Positions 22,588 through 32,653 of a stretch of DNA of 64,000 bases are shown in pieces. The stretch lies in NCBI GenBank assembly GCA_963727445.1, contig CAVSGI010000010.1, positions 864,001 to 928,000 of the forward strand, in the 5' to 3' direction. The notes below the pieces were generated by a model. That model worked only from the letters and a program-made list of their open reading frames with translations, searched no databases and had not been told where the DNA came from. A program made the position numbers and the translations under genes. Each line of letters begins with the position of its first letter. Position 1 is the first letter of the stretch. The stretch comes from an uncultured delta proteobacterium (GTDB lineage Bacteria; Myxococcota_A; Polyangia; Polyangiales; B10-G4).

Positions 22588-24138
22588 TCAAGCCTGCGCG
22601 TCGACGGCGTCGGCGCGCGCCGGGCGAAACACGGAGAGCAGGGAGCGAAGGCCATCGACGAGGGCCTCGGTCGGCTCGGCCTTCGAGTCCAGTCGATACC
22701 CGCCGCGCGGACGCCCCTCCCGGTCCTCGAGCCAGACCGTCGCCGACTCGCCCTCGGGTCCGCGGAGCTCGACCTCTGCACGTGCCCCGTCGGGCCGGAC
22801 GCGGACGTCAGCGAGGGCGAGCGACCCGAAAGGAGCCGCCCCCCGAATCTTTCTCAGGCGTGCAGCGATGCTCGCGCGGAGCGGCACGGCCGCGTCGTCA
22901 CCCACCGGATGGATCGCCGGATGCCCGGCTCTCTCGAGCGCTCGGCCGAGCGCACGCAGAGCGGGGAGGTGGGTGCGGTCGCCGTCGACGCCGAGCGGGC
23001 GGTGGAGGGTCACGTCCCCGTAGCGAGCGAACCCGTCCGGATGCGCGCGCCCGCGCAGCGCGACGCAAAGGTCCGGCGCCGAGCGCAGCGTGAGGACGAC
23101 CTCCTGATCGGAGGGCGCGTGCCACTGCCACGCGTCGTCGAGCGCGCTCTCGAGGCCGGAGAGACCGAGCGCGAGATGGCGTTGTGCGCCATCCACCTCC
23201 GCGAGCTGCTTCGCGGTGATCGGGACGAGCACCTCCGTGCCATGAAAACGCGCGTAGGTTTCGAAGACGCCGCTGCAACGCGAATCGAAGACGCACGTTG
23301 CACAAGACGGCGGCTTGATCTTGTCTTTGCGTTTGACGAAGTACTTGTTCCAGGGACGACTGAGCTGATCGTCGCCGTCGATGGCGATGGTCTCGGTGGT
23401 CTCGCCGTCGTGGTGGATCACGTGTGCGAGCCGGGGCGCCACACAGTAAGGGAGGTTGCCGATGTTGACGTCGAACCCCTCCTCGAATCCGTCCACCATC
23501 CGCTCGAGCGCGGGCGCCATCCGGCTCAGCTCGGGCATCAGCGCGCGAAGCTCCTCTTCACTCCGCTCTCCCGCATCGTTGGGCCGCATCAGGTCGAGGT
23601 GGAGCTGGGAGACGCCGTAGGGAGCGAGGAGCGCGGGGAATCTGTCCACCGACGCGTAGTTCGACCCGACCACGCACATGTTGACGGTGATGCGCTGGCC
23701 CTTCTTCGCGAGGTGCTCGAGAGTACGGATGATGCGCGCGAAGGAGCCGGCCTTCCGAGTCGTCGCCTCGTGGGTCTCCTCGGTCGCGCCCTGAATCGAG
23801 ATCCGAAAGGTGAAGTTGCCCCCGGTGGCGAGGATGTCGTCGATGACCGCCTCACGCGCGGTCTTCACGCCGTTGGTGAAGATGACGATCTCGGAAAAAC
23901 CCAGCGCGACGCATTCGCGGACCACGTCCATGAACCCTGGCTGCAACGTCGGCTCGCCGCCGAGGAGCGTGATCTTGTCGTGGCCTCGCTCCCGCGCCTC
24001 GCGGATGCGGGCGAGGATCGGCTCGGTGGGGAGGGGCAACGCTTCTCCCATCCCCGTGCGCTGCCCACTCACGCAGAAGAGGCACCGGTTGTTGCACATG
24101 TGGCCGAGCTGGATCTCGACCTGGTGCTTGGGCTCCAC
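22588..24138 (-). CDS. radical SAM protein (HxsC-like) with C-terminal extension
   Basis: CNNRCLFC cluster motif, GGEPT, NLPYC and distal CATCVFDSRCSG (CxxCx5C). Confidence 0.85.
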   Translation of the reverse strand: MEPKHQVEIQLGHMCNNRCLFCVSGQRTGMGEALPLPTEPILARIREARERGHDKITLLGGEPTLQPGFMDVVRECVALGFSEIVIFTNGVKTAREAVIDDILATGGNFTFRISIQGATEETHEATTRKAGSFARIIRTLEHLAKKGQRITVNMCVVGSNYASVDRFPALLAPYGVSQLHLDLMRPNDAGERSEEELRALMPELSRMAPALERMVDGFEEGFDVNIGNLPYCVAPRLAHVIHHDGETTETIAIDGDDQLSRPWNKYFVKRKDKIKPPSCATCVFDSRCSGVFETYARFHGTEVLVPITAKQLAEVDGAQRHLALGLSGLESALDDAWQWHAPSDQEVVLTLRSAPDLCVALRGRAHPDGFARYGDVTLHRPLGVDGDRTHLPALRALGRALERAGHPAIHPVGDDAAVPLRASIAARLRKIRGAAPFGSLALADVRVRPDGARAEVELRGPEGESATVWLEDREGRPRGGYRLDSKAEPTEALVDGLRSLLSVFRPARADAVDAQA

Positions 24139-24185
24139 CCCCCTAGGTTAGCAGGTCTGTCGGACGGGTCAGTGGGCGCCTCGGC

Positions 24186-24776
24186 TCAGCGCTTCTTCTT
24201 TTTCTGGCCACGTCCCTGTACCGGCGGGAGTCGATGGGAGCTCGTGAGCTGCTCCCAGGTGGGCTCGACGTTGGCCTTGGGAACGGTGAGCACCCGGAGC
24301 CGGAACACCACGCGGGTGACCGTCGAGGTGCTCACGTAGCCCTTTCGGGCATCGTGATACTCGAACACCGCCTCGGTGTTGGGGCGCGGCAGAGGGAAGG
24401 TCATCTCCATCCCCTCTTCGGTCTGCACCTGTCCCCCGGCGAGCACCGCGCCGAGGAGCGCGTGGGTCGGGTCGGGCTTGCTCGTCTTGCGGTCGATGAC
24501 TTCGATGCAGGTCATCGTCCAATCGACGACGTAGATGCGGTTGCGGGTCCAGACCTCGACCGCTTTCCACTGCTCGGTGGACATGCCCGCCTGGCCGCGC
24601 TCGTACACCAGCTCGACCTCCACGAAAGGTGGAGGGCTGATCTCGGTCTTGTCGATGCCTTCGAAGTCGTTGGATCCGGAATGCGACACGGTATGAGGGA
24701 TGTTACCTGAGGCGGGAGCGTCGGGGACGCCGCGCATCGTGGGTTGGCCTCGGCCTCCCCTTTTTCGCCCTGACAC
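24186..24776 (-). CDS. hypothetical protein
   Basis: About 196-aa ORF with protein-like composition (EVWTRNRIY); GTG start chosen from an upstream TACTGT box. Confidence 0.65.
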   Translation of the reverse strand: MSGRKRGGRGQPTMRGVPDAPASGNIPHTVSHSGSNDFEGIDKTEISPPPFVEVELVYERGQAGMSTEQWKAVEVWTRNRIYVVDWTMTCIEVIDRKTSKPDPTHALLGAVLAGGQVQTEEGMEMTFPLPRPNTEAVFEYHDARKGYVSTSTVTRVVFRLRVLTVPKANVEPTWEQLTSSHRLPPVQGRGQKKKKR

Positions 24777-24812
24777 CGAGTCACAGTACACGAAAACGCG
24801 GCCTTCGGACGC

Positions 24813-26735
24813 TCACGCGTCCTTCTTTTCTTCCAGCTCCTCCCACCGCGACAGCAGCGAGGCGAGTGCTTCGCGCGCGGTATCCGCCGCTGCGTTCAAT
24901 GCGGGGACCTCGGCGCCCCGCTTGGCGTAGAGCTCGGGATCGGCCAGCTCGGCCTCGAGGCGCGCGACCTCCGCCTCCTGCACCTCGATCTTCGGCATGA
25001 TCTCTCGGAGCTCGATCTCCTCGCCGTAGGTGAGCCCCTTCTTCGCGCGGGGCTTGTCAGGCGTGCTCGACGTGGGCCGGCTCACTTCACGCTCCTGTCG
25101 CGTGCGCGCCCGCGCCGCCTCGCGCGCCCGCTGATAGTCGCTGTATCCCCCCGCGTGTCGGACGACCTCGCCCCCTTCTTCGAAAGCCAGGATCGAGGTC
25201 GCGATACGATCGAGGAAGTAGCGGTCGTGGGTCACCACCAGCGCCGTGGCCCCCTTTTCGAGGAGCATCTCCTCGACCGCGCCGAGCGTCGCGACGTCGA
25301 GATCGTTCGTCGGCTCGTCGAAGAGGAAGAGGCTCGCCGGAGAGAGCATCAGCTTGGCCAGCGCCACCCGTGCACGTTCGCCTCCCGAGAGCGCCGCCAG
25401 CTTCTTCTGCTGGACGTCCGCCGAAAAGAGGAAGCGGTCGAGCCACGCCACGAGGGGCACCGTTCGGTCCCCGACGGTGACCACGTCGGCTCCGGGCGCC
25501 ACGTTGTCCCGAACCGAGAGCGACTCGTCGAGCTCGGATCGGCCCTGGTCGAAGTAGGCCAGGGTCGTCCGCTTGCCGAGCACCACCCGCCCTGCCGCCG
25601 GCTCCACCTCGCCCAGGATGACGCGGAGCAGCGTCGTCTTCCCCGCACCGTTCGGGCCGACGATCCCGATCCGCTCGCCCTTCTGGACGATGAGGGACAG
25701 ACCATCGATCAGGCGCCGCCCCGAGTCGTCGGGGACGTCCACCGACAGATCCTCCAGCGTCACTACCTTCTTGCTGCTCTCTTCGGTGGAGAGCGAAAGC
25801 CCGCTCACCTCTTCGCGCCGGAGCGCGGGCGCCGCATCACGCGCGGTCTCCGCGCGCTCGATCCGTGCCTTCTGCTTGGTCGTGCGTGCCTTGGGGCTTC
25901 GTCGCAGCCACTCGAGCTCTCGACGCAGGAAGTTCTGCCTGTTCTGCTCGGTGCGCTCTTCGTAGGCGAGCCGCTCGGCCTTCGCCTCGAGGTAGGACGA
26001 CCAGCCACCTTCGTAGTCGAAGAGCCGCGCCCGATCGAGCTCCAGCGTTCGCGTGCAGACCGCATCGAGCAGGTACCGGTCGTGCGTCACCAGGAGCAGT
26101 GACCCGTGGTAGTCGTCGCGAAGATACCCTTCGAGCCACTCGACCGTGTCCGCGTCGAGATGGTTGGTGGGCTCGTCGAGGATCGCGAGCGTCGGCTCGC
26201 TGATAAGGATGCGCGCGAGCGCGACGCGACGCTTCTCGCCGCCGCTCATGGTCGAAACGCGCTGAGCCGGATCGCGCACCCCGAGGCGCTCGAGCATCGC
26301 GTCGGCCGCATGGCCACGGGAGAATCCTCCTTCGCGCTCCACCGCGGCTGCGGCATTCCCCTGTGCCGTGACCAGCTCCGCCGCGTCGCCCCCGCCCTCT
26401 TCGAGCGCGCGGGTGGCGCGCTCGAAGTCGTCCATCGCCTGCTGCCAGAGCGCGAGCCCGCTCATCACCGCCGCATGCGCGGTGAGATCCCCGTCGAAGC
26501 GCGGCACCTGCGCGAGGTAAGCGATGTCTGCGTCCTTGCGTCGCGCCACCTCACCCTCGTCTGGCGAATCGATCCCCGCGAGGATTCGAGACAGGGTGCT
26601 CTTGCCCGAGCCGTTGATCCCGAGCAGCCCCACCCGCTCGCCGTCGTGAATGGAGACGTTCACCCCGTCCAGGAGGGTTCGAGCGCCGAATGCCTTCCTC
26701 AAATCACGGGCGACGACGATGGGTGCGCTGGCCAT
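24813..26735 (-). CDS. uup: ABC-F ATPase Uup
   Basis: Two ABC cassettes (GINGSGKST/MSGGE/DEPTNHLD and GPNGAGKTT/LSGGE/DEPTNDLD), linker WLRRSPKARTTK, coiled-coil C-terminal domain. Confidence 0.88.
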   Translation of the reverse strand: MASAPIVVARDLRKAFGARTLLDGVNVSIHDGERVGLLGINGSGKSTLSRILAGIDSPDEGEVARRKDADIAYLAQVPRFDGDLTAHAAVMSGLALWQQAMDDFERATRALEEGGGDAAELVTAQGNAAAAVEREGGFSRGHAADAMLERLGVRDPAQRVSTMSGGEKRRVALARILISEPTLAILDEPTNHLDADTVEWLEGYLRDDYHGSLLLVTHDRYLLDAVCTRTLELDRARLFDYEGGWSSYLEAKAERLAYEERTEQNRQNFLRRELEWLRRSPKARTTKQKARIERAETARDAAPALRREEVSGLSLSTEESSKKVVTLEDLSVDVPDDSGRRLIDGLSLIVQKGERIGIVGPNGAGKTTLLRVILGEVEPAAGRVVLGKRTTLAYFDQGRSELDESLSVRDNVAPGADVVTVGDRTVPLVAWLDRFLFSADVQQKKLAALSGGERARVALAKLMLSPASLFLFDEPTNDLDVATLGAVEEMLLEKGATALVVTHDRYFLDRIATSILAFEEGGEVVRHAGGYSDYQRAREAARARTRQEREVSRPTSSTPDKPRAKKGLTYGEEIELREIMPKIEVQEAEVARLEAELADPELYAKRGAEVPALNAAADTAREALASLLSRWEELEEKKDA

Positions 26736-26771
26736 TATCCTCGTATTTTCGGACAGATGCGCCCGAGCGCC

Positions 26772-27887
26772 TCAGGCAGCCGACGCCGAGGGCGCCTCCG
26801 ATTCGGTGGCGCCGAGGGCGCTGCCCGAGCGCTCGAGGGAGAGCTTGCCGTGTGCGTCGAGGTCCAGGGCTTCGGAGGGAAGGCGTGCGAGGTGACGCTC
26901 GGCGATGGAGAGGATCTCGTCGGTAGTGGGCGCGCGGAGCGCCTCCGTCATGAACGCGCGATCGTCACCGACGGCGCGTCCCACGTAACGCACCAGCTCC
27001 TTCATCTTGCCGACGCTTTTTCGATAGGTCGCATCATAGCGACGCCGAACGTCCACCAGATGCGCAACCAGCTCTTCGCCTGTCGGGTCGTGCGGCGTGG
27101 CGCCGCGGCGGAGGTCGTGCACCTGTTGAAAGATCCACGGGTTGCGCAACGCGGGACGTCCGAGCATCACCGCTGCGCATCCGGTCTCGCGCTGCATTCG
27201 CAGAACGTCGGCCGCGTACCAGACGTCGCCGTTGCCGACGACGGGGATGCGGAGCGCATCGTTCAAGACGCGCACGATTCGCCAGTCGGCGACGCCACGA
27301 TAGAAGTCCGCGCGCCTGCGCGGGTGCACCACGATGAAGTCCGCACCCGCCTTCTGCACGACCTCCGCGATCGCCACCACCGTGCTCTTGTCGTCGAAGC
27401 CGGCGCGGATCTTCGCCGAGAGCATGCCCGGCACCCGGGCGCGCATCTGCGACAGCACGTCGTAGAGGAGCTCCGGGTCCTCGAGCATCGCCGCGCCCAC
27501 GCCCTTCTTCACCACCCGCGGCATCGGGCAGCCCAGGTTCACGTCGACCACGTCGGCGCCCGCCGCGGCGACCACACCGGCCGCTTCCGCCATCTTTTCG
27601 GCATCTTTGCCCATCACCTGGACGGACAGCGGCACGCCCGGCGCCTTGACGACCTCGCGCGCGAGCGCGGTCACCGAGAGCGGCGCGCGGCTGATTCGAA
27701 CGAACTCGGTGCACACGACGCCGACGCCGCCGCGCTCGGCGGTGAGCGCGCGGAACATGGGATGGGTGACGCCCTCCATGGGCGCGAGCATCGTGGGGTG
27801 TGCGAAGGGCCAACGGGTGAAACGCACTTCGGCTTCGCGGGCCGGGATGCGCGCGGCGCGCTTCTCGATGTCGGAAGCCATGCTCAC
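26772..27887 (-). CDS. tRNA-dihydrouridine synthase family protein
   Basis: LAPMEG, NLGCP, KIRAG, HPR, GNGDV and MLGR motifs. Confidence 0.92.
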   Translation of the reverse strand: MSMASDIEKRAARIPAREAEVRFTRWPFAHPTMLAPMEGVTHPMFRALTAERGGVGVVCTEFVRISRAPLSVTALAREVVKAPGVPLSVQVMGKDAEKMAEAAGVVAAAGADVVDVNLGCPMPRVVKKGVGAAMLEDPELLYDVLSQMRARVPGMLSAKIRAGFDDKSTVVAIAEVVQKAGADFIVVHPRRRADFYRGVADWRIVRVLNDALRIPVVGNGDVWYAADVLRMQRETGCAAVMLGRPALRNPWIFQQVHDLRRGATPHDPTGEELVAHLVDVRRRYDATYRKSVGKMKELVRYVGRAVGDDRAFMTEALRAPTTDEILSIAERHLARLPSEALDLDAHGKLSLERSGSALGATESEAPSASAA

Positions 27888-28056
27888 GCGTCCGACTTAG
27901 CACGGGGTCGTGGCCGGAGCATCAGTGCCCCCTCGACGTCGGCGATGACCGATCGGGCAGCGCGGCCCGGGTTGGATCATCTTGGATTGTTGGGGTGATG
28001 GTGGCGTCAGGGATCCACCCACGCAATCTGTGCGCGTTTCTTGTAGGCTTCCCCTC

Positions 28057-29409
28057 GTGAGCCGCACAATCGAATGGATCATGTCGGGGACTCTCAAAGG
28101 CACTGGTTTGGTGGGATTCGCTCTCGCCCTTTTCTGTTGTGTTCCGAGCCAGAGCCGAGGTGAGCCCCCGGACGACACCGCCGCACCCCCGGCGCGAAAC
28201 GGGCAGGTCGCCGCTTCCTCCGGTAGCGAGTCGGGCCACGTCCCGGGACCCGCGCGCACGGAGGACAATCCCCTCATCGATCCGGTCTCCGAGCAGGGCC
28301 AGCTGGCCCGCGGCATGTACATCACCGGCCCCTTCGTGCGGGTTTTGGGGGTGGAGGCGATCATCGAGCGGGTCCGCGCCGCCCGCCTGAGCGCCGTGGT
28401 CATCGACCTCAAGGACGGGGCGGGGCGGGTCACTTACGACACCGACATCGAGATCCTCGAGCCCCAGCAGCAGAATTTCCTGGGGGATGCGCCGGCTCTC
28501 ATCCAGCGCCTCAAGGCCGAGGGGATCTACACCATCGCGCGGATCGTCTGCTTCGCCGACCCTCAGCTGCCCGCCCGGCACCCCGAGCGCGCCATCATGG
28601 ACAACCGCCCCAACCGGCGGGAGCGGCCCTGGCGAAGCTGGGGGACGGCCGGGACCTGGCTCGATCCCTACAACAGCCTCAACCACGACATGGTGATCGA
28701 GATCGCCGCCGAGGCGGAGGAGATCGGCTTCGACGAGGTGCAGCTCGACTACGTGCGTTGGCCGGTCGACGACGGCACACAGTACGCGCGCTACCCTGCC
28801 GAGACCCCCGAGTCGCCCGAGCGTTGGGAGGTGCTCAAGGGATTCCTCGGTCGCATGGATCAACGACTGCACATTCCGATCGGCTGCGACGTCTTCGGCC
28901 TCACCGCTTTCGACTTCGGCAACCCACTGCCGCTCGGTCAGAAGCTCGACGAGTGGGCGGAGTACGTCGAGGTGTTCTCGCCGATGCTCTACGTCAACGC
29001 GATGAAGACATGGGGTCGCGGTGAACCGGATCGCGATCGCCGTCTGATCGAGGCAGGCGTCACCCAGCTGCGTCATCGCCTTGGTCCCCAGCCGATCATC
29101 CGACCCTTCCTCCAGGCCTTCGCCGAGGGCGCCGACGATCCGGGTCCTGGCTTCATCGCACGACAGATCCGTGGCGCCCGCCGCGGTGGCGCGGACGGCT
29201 ACCTCTTCTGGCACCCCGGCTCCCGCTACGGAATGCTCTATCGCGAAGCCCACGGGGCGGCGCGAAGCGAAAACCGACCCTTCCCCATCGAGCGTCGTCG
29301 CCGCGCACGCGAAGCCGCGATCGCGGACCGTCGAAACTCGGAGAGCAGCGAGCCCGAGCCGCGGGGTCGCCGGCGCCGGAGTCCCGAGCGCCGCAGCCAT
29401 CGGCACTGA
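28057..29409 (+). CDS. secreted putative glycoside hydrolase (DUF4015-like TIM barrel)
   Basis: AVVIDLKD..G, IYTIARIVCFAD, GFDEVQLDYVRWP, DVFG and SPMLY motifs; N-terminal signal or lipoprotein segment. Confidence 0.8.
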   Translation: MSRTIEWIMSGTLKGTGLVGFALALFCCVPSQSRGEPPDDTAAPPARNGQVAASSGSESGHVPGPARTEDNPLIDPVSEQGQLARGMYITGPFVRVLGVEAIIERVRAARLSAVVIDLKDGAGRVTYDTDIEILEPQQQNFLGDAPALIQRLKAEGIYTIARIVCFADPQLPARHPERAIMDNRPNRRERPWRSWGTAGTWLDPYNSLNHDMVIEIAAEAEEIGFDEVQLDYVRWPVDDGTQYARYPAETPESPERWEVLKGFLGRMDQRLHIPIGCDVFGLTAFDFGNPLPLGQKLDEWAEYVEVFSPMLYVNAMKTWGRGEPDRDRRLIEAGVTQLRHRLGPQPIIRPFLQAFAEGADDPGPGFIARQIRGARRGGADGYLFWHPGSRYGMLYREAHGAARSENRPFPIERRRRAREAAIADRRNSESSEPEPRGRRRRSPERRSHRH

Positions 29410-29473
29410 CTATCTCGGGGAAAAGCAGGCTCTCTCCGTGCGCGAAGCACGCGGATGCGCCATGCTGAATTTC

Positions 29474-30079
29474 GTGAACAGCCCATCGGCCTCGGAGCCC
29501 CCGCCCCCGTTGACCCTGCCGGGTCCGGGAGACGAACGGGCCCCGAAACGGCTGCGAGGGCTCCTTTTCGTGCTGCTCTTCCTGGGCGCCAGCGTTCCCC
29601 TGGCGCTGTGGGTCGACTCCCTGGGCGGACCGGAGGCTTTCGCCGCGCGATATGGTCTCGCCGCACCCTTCGTCACGGTGCCGATCCACGCGGTGCTCTC
29701 GGTCACGCCCTTCCCCAGCGAGCTCTTCGTCCTGGCGAACGGGACGGCCTATGGGTGGCTCTGGGGCGGTCTGCTCGGCTGGCTCGGGTGGAGCCTCGCT
29801 TCGATGATGGAGTACGCGCTCGCCGCGCGAACCGCGACCGACCTCGACCTCGACGCCCAGATCGCGAAGCTTCCCGCGCGATTGCAGAAGCTCCCCATCG
29901 ACCACCCGCTCTTCCTGATCCTCGGTCGACAGGTCCCCTTCGGCTTTCACGTCGTGAACATCCTGGCCGGCGTGAAGCGGATCAGCCCCTGGCGTCACCT
30001 CTGGTGCTCGGCGGTCGGCTCGGTCCCGGGCGCGATCCTCTACGCCGGCCTCGGCGCCGGTGTGCTCTCGCTCCTCTGA
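29474..30079 (+). CDS. VTT/SNARE-associated (TVP38/DedA) membrane protein
   Basis: Hydrophobic; PFPSE, G..YG...G and RQVP..F.VVN..AG motifs; alternative start at 29462. Confidence 0.85.
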   Translation: MNSPSASEPPPPLTLPGPGDERAPKRLRGLLFVLLFLGASVPLALWVDSLGGPEAFAARYGLAAPFVTVPIHAVLSVTPFPSELFVLANGTAYGWLWGGLLGWLGWSLASMMEYALAARTATDLDLDAQIAKLPARLQKLPIDHPLFLILGRQVPFGFHVVNILAGVKRISPWRHLWCSAVGSVPGAILYAGLGAGVLSLL

Positions 30080-30086
30080 GCGCGCC

Positions 30087-30395
30087 TCAACCGAAGAAGC
30101 GAAGCCCGCCCAGGAGCGAGACCGCGGTCAGCACCGAGGAGACGAACCAGATCATGACCCCGTCGATGCGTCGGAGCTCGGGCTCCTCGGTGCGCCAGCT
30201 GTCGATGCGGGCCTCGGCTGCGCGACGAACCCGGTCCACCGACCACATCAGCTCGCCCAGGGCTTCGCTCAGCGCCGGGCCGGGACCTCGGTAGGTGTCC
30301 TGCGAGCTGATCTCTCGCCGACGCTCCCGGGTGGTCTCGAGAAACTTGGTGGGCTCGCTCTCCAGCTCCAGAAAGGCGAAGTCGCGACCGGCCAT
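30087..30395 (-). CDS. hypothetical small protein with C-terminal TM helix
   Basis: 102-aa ORF preceded by GAGG; hydrophobic C-terminus. Confidence 0.5.
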   Translation of the reverse strand: MAGRDFAFLELESEPTKFLETTRERRREISSQDTYRGPGPALSEALGELMWSVDRVRRAAEARIDSWRTEEPELRRIDGVMIWFVSSVLTAVSLLGGLRFFG

Positions 30396-30503
30396 GCCTC
30401 ATCGTCCTTCAAGCGCCGTACCAGTGAAAAAAACCAATGCTCCTCGACGCCGAGGGGGCTGGCTGGGGACTCCAAGTGGCGGATCTCGGGTCCGCACACC
30501 CCA

Positions 30504-32177
30504 TCAGTAGAGTCCAGGAGGTGGGCGGCCGTCGCTCAGGAAGCGGCGCGCGACCTCTGCGAAGCGGCGATGGTCGCGCTCGGGGCGGCGCGGGACCACG
30601 TAGGCGAGCAGCGCCTCCAGGTAGATCGGGTCGGGCTCGGTCTCATCGCGACTGAGCCGATGGAGGGACTCGGTCATCTTGATCCCGTGCGCGTATCGGA
30701 TCGGCCGAACCGCCATGTCGAAGGCGGCGAAGGACGCGAGGGTGGTGAAAGCTCGGGCGCGCGCTTCGGGGGTGGCGCCCCGCACCGCGCCGAGGGCCGC
30801 TGGCAGATCGCGCGCCTCGAGGGCGGACGCGAGGGTCCTCTCGCTGGCCGTCGCTTCGGGCGGGGACGTCGCATCGCCCTTGCGAACCTTCCCGACGAAG
30901 CCCACCGCCTGGATGGCGAGTCGCCGCTGGGCGGCAGGTGAAGCCAAAGGCGAGAGCGCGATGCAGGCCTCGGCGAAGGTCACGACGTGGGTCACGTTCA
31001 GGACGGTGGCGTTGCTGTCGCGCCGGCGCTCCCACGCACCGTCGAAACGACGGACGCGATGGGCTCCTGCCCTCGCGGCCGCCCAGATGAGACCGAGCGG
31101 GGAAAAGCCCTCCGCGAGGAGCGCCACGGCCGCCTCCACACCGGGTCGCTCCCCTCTGAGGATCGCCTCTTCGAAGACGCGTCGCGCGTCGCCGGCGAGC
31201 CTTCGCGATCCGATGGGCACGTTCGCCTCCTCGACCGCCGCGAGGGCCTGACGGGTCGCCGCCCACGGCGGCAGCCCGGTCTCGCGCGTGGCCCAACCGA
31301 GCGCGTGGGTCAGGGCGCCGAAGAGATCCTCCGCGGCTTCGGGGAAGCGCTGGGCGAGCTCGAAGGCCTTCGCGAGGTAGATGGCCCCGTGGCCGTAGTC
31401 GAGGAGGTGGGAGGCCACGAAGGGCACGAGCGCTTTGGCGGCTGCCGCCGCCCCCTCCTCTTTCACCATCACCCGCACCCGCGCCTCCGCCATTTCGCGG
31501 CGCTCCTCCTCGAGGTCCGACTCAGGCGCGCCCGGCGGCAACGCACCCCTCGGGACCTCGCGCACCTCGAGATGCGCGCACTCCTCGGCGACGGCGGTGA
31601 TGGCGAGGGAGAGCGCCGCATCGGCGTCCACCCATCCTATCGCCGCCCATCGCGCGAGGTCCGCGGTCATCGCCAGGGGGTGGTCGAAACCCCAGGGAGC
31701 GCGCCGCGCGCCATCGGCGACCACCGCCGCGAAGGCCGAAGGCCGGCCGCCGCCGTCCCCCGCGAGCGCGCTGAGACGAAGCGCGTCGCGCAGAGCGCTG
31801 GTGACGTCGACCTCGCGGAGGGTTCGCCCCATCGAGGCGAGGAGGCGGGTGCGCTCGGCGACGGCGTCGATGGCCGGGTCGATGAGCACGCGCCCGCGCT
31901 CGATCCGCACCGGATAGCGTCGCACCGCTTCCCCACCGAAGACGCAGTCACCGGAGCATCCGTCGAACTTCCAGTTGTGCCAGGCGCAGGTGAGCACCCC
32001 GTCCCGGAGCTCGCCCTGGCTGAGCGGATATCCCTCGTGCGGGCAGCGGTCGTCGAGGACCTGAATCGCCCCATCCGCCCGAAAGACGGCGTAGCGCCGG
32101 CCCTCCCCGTCTTTTCGCAGCACCACCCCTCGCGGCGGGATCTCCGCCTCGGCCCCCAGCTCCACCCAATCGCTCAT
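30504..32177 (-). CDS. Rieske [2Fe-2S] ferredoxin domain fused to a long helical domain
   Basis: CPHEG...CAWHNWKF Rieske motifs, then about 450 aa helical region with spaced His motifs. Confidence 0.85.
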   Translation of the reverse strand: MSDWVELGAEAEIPPRGVVLRKDGEGRRYAVFRADGAIQVLDDRCPHEGYPLSQGELRDGVLTCAWHNWKFDGCSGDCVFGGEAVRRYPVRIERGRVLIDPAIDAVAERTRLLASMGRTLREVDVTSALRDALRLSALAGDGGGRPSAFAAVVADGARRAPWGFDHPLAMTADLARWAAIGWVDADAALSLAITAVAEECAHLEVREVPRGALPPGAPESDLEEERREMAEARVRVMVKEEGAAAAAKALVPFVASHLLDYGHGAIYLAKAFELAQRFPEAAEDLFGALTHALGWATRETGLPPWAATRQALAAVEEANVPIGSRRLAGDARRVFEEAILRGERPGVEAAVALLAEGFSPLGLIWAAARAGAHRVRRFDGAWERRRDSNATVLNVTHVVTFAEACIALSPLASPAAQRRLAIQAVGFVGKVRKGDATSPPEATASERTLASALEARDLPAALGAVRGATPEARARAFTTLASFAAFDMAVRPIRYAHGIKMTESLHRLSRDETEPDPIYLEALLAYVVPRRPERDHRRFAEVARRFLSDGRPPPGLY

Positions 32178-32257
32178 GGGTGCAGAGTGACTCCGATGGC
32201 GCCGCGGCTGAAGTCACCTGCCAACGGATTGGCAGAGCTCTGCTCGGCCGGGCAGCG

Positions 32258-32569
32258 TCAGATCTCGCCGGCCTTGGCCTTGGCGATCCACTTCTCGATC
32301 TCGTCCTCGATGATCTGGATCGCCCTCTTCTTGAAGGGCTTGAAGAGGAAGGGGACGTCGAGGCCCATCTCGATCGCCTTGTCTTGGAGCGTGATACTGC
32401 CGTCGAGGCTCACCCCCTTCGCCTTGAAGCCGATCTTGGCCTTCTTGTCCGTGACCCAATCCATCGTGGGCGAATAGTCGGCGAAGCGCTGGCTGTAGCT
32501 CTCGAAGGCCTTCTCCGCGACGCGCTTCGCGGTCTCGAAGTCGAGGTCGTGAGTGACGCGGTGGTCCAT
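32258..32569 (-). CDS. polyhydroxyalkanoic acid system family protein (PHA_gran_rgn-like)
   Basis: H.L....A N-terminus, W....A...F...G core and PFLFKPFK..IE.EI C-terminus. Confidence 0.75.
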   Translation of the reverse strand: MDHRVTHDLDFETAKRVAEKAFESYSQRFADYSPTMDWVTDKKAKIGFKAKGVSLDGSITLQDKAIEMGLDVPFLFKPFKKRAIQIIEDEIEKWIAKAKAGEI

Positions 32570-32586
32570 GTTCTTGGAGGGTAGAA

Positions 32587-32625
32587 CGAGAAAGGCGCCG
32601 CGGCAAAAACCGCGACGCCTTCTCG
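32587..32625 (-). terminator. probable intrinsic terminator hairpin after the Cys-rich gene
   Basis: GAGAAAGGCG-C-CGCGG / CCGCG-A-CGCCTTCTC imperfect inverted repeat about 30 nt past the stop; weak U tail. Confidence 0.55.
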
Positions 32626-32653
32626 GTGTGGTGGGGGCGAGCCCCGAGTAGGA

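Noticed and set aside
30396..30503. ncRNA or frameshifted upstream extension of the 102-aa ORF
   Set aside because: The simple frame corrections I tried hit stops, and I recognised no RNA motif
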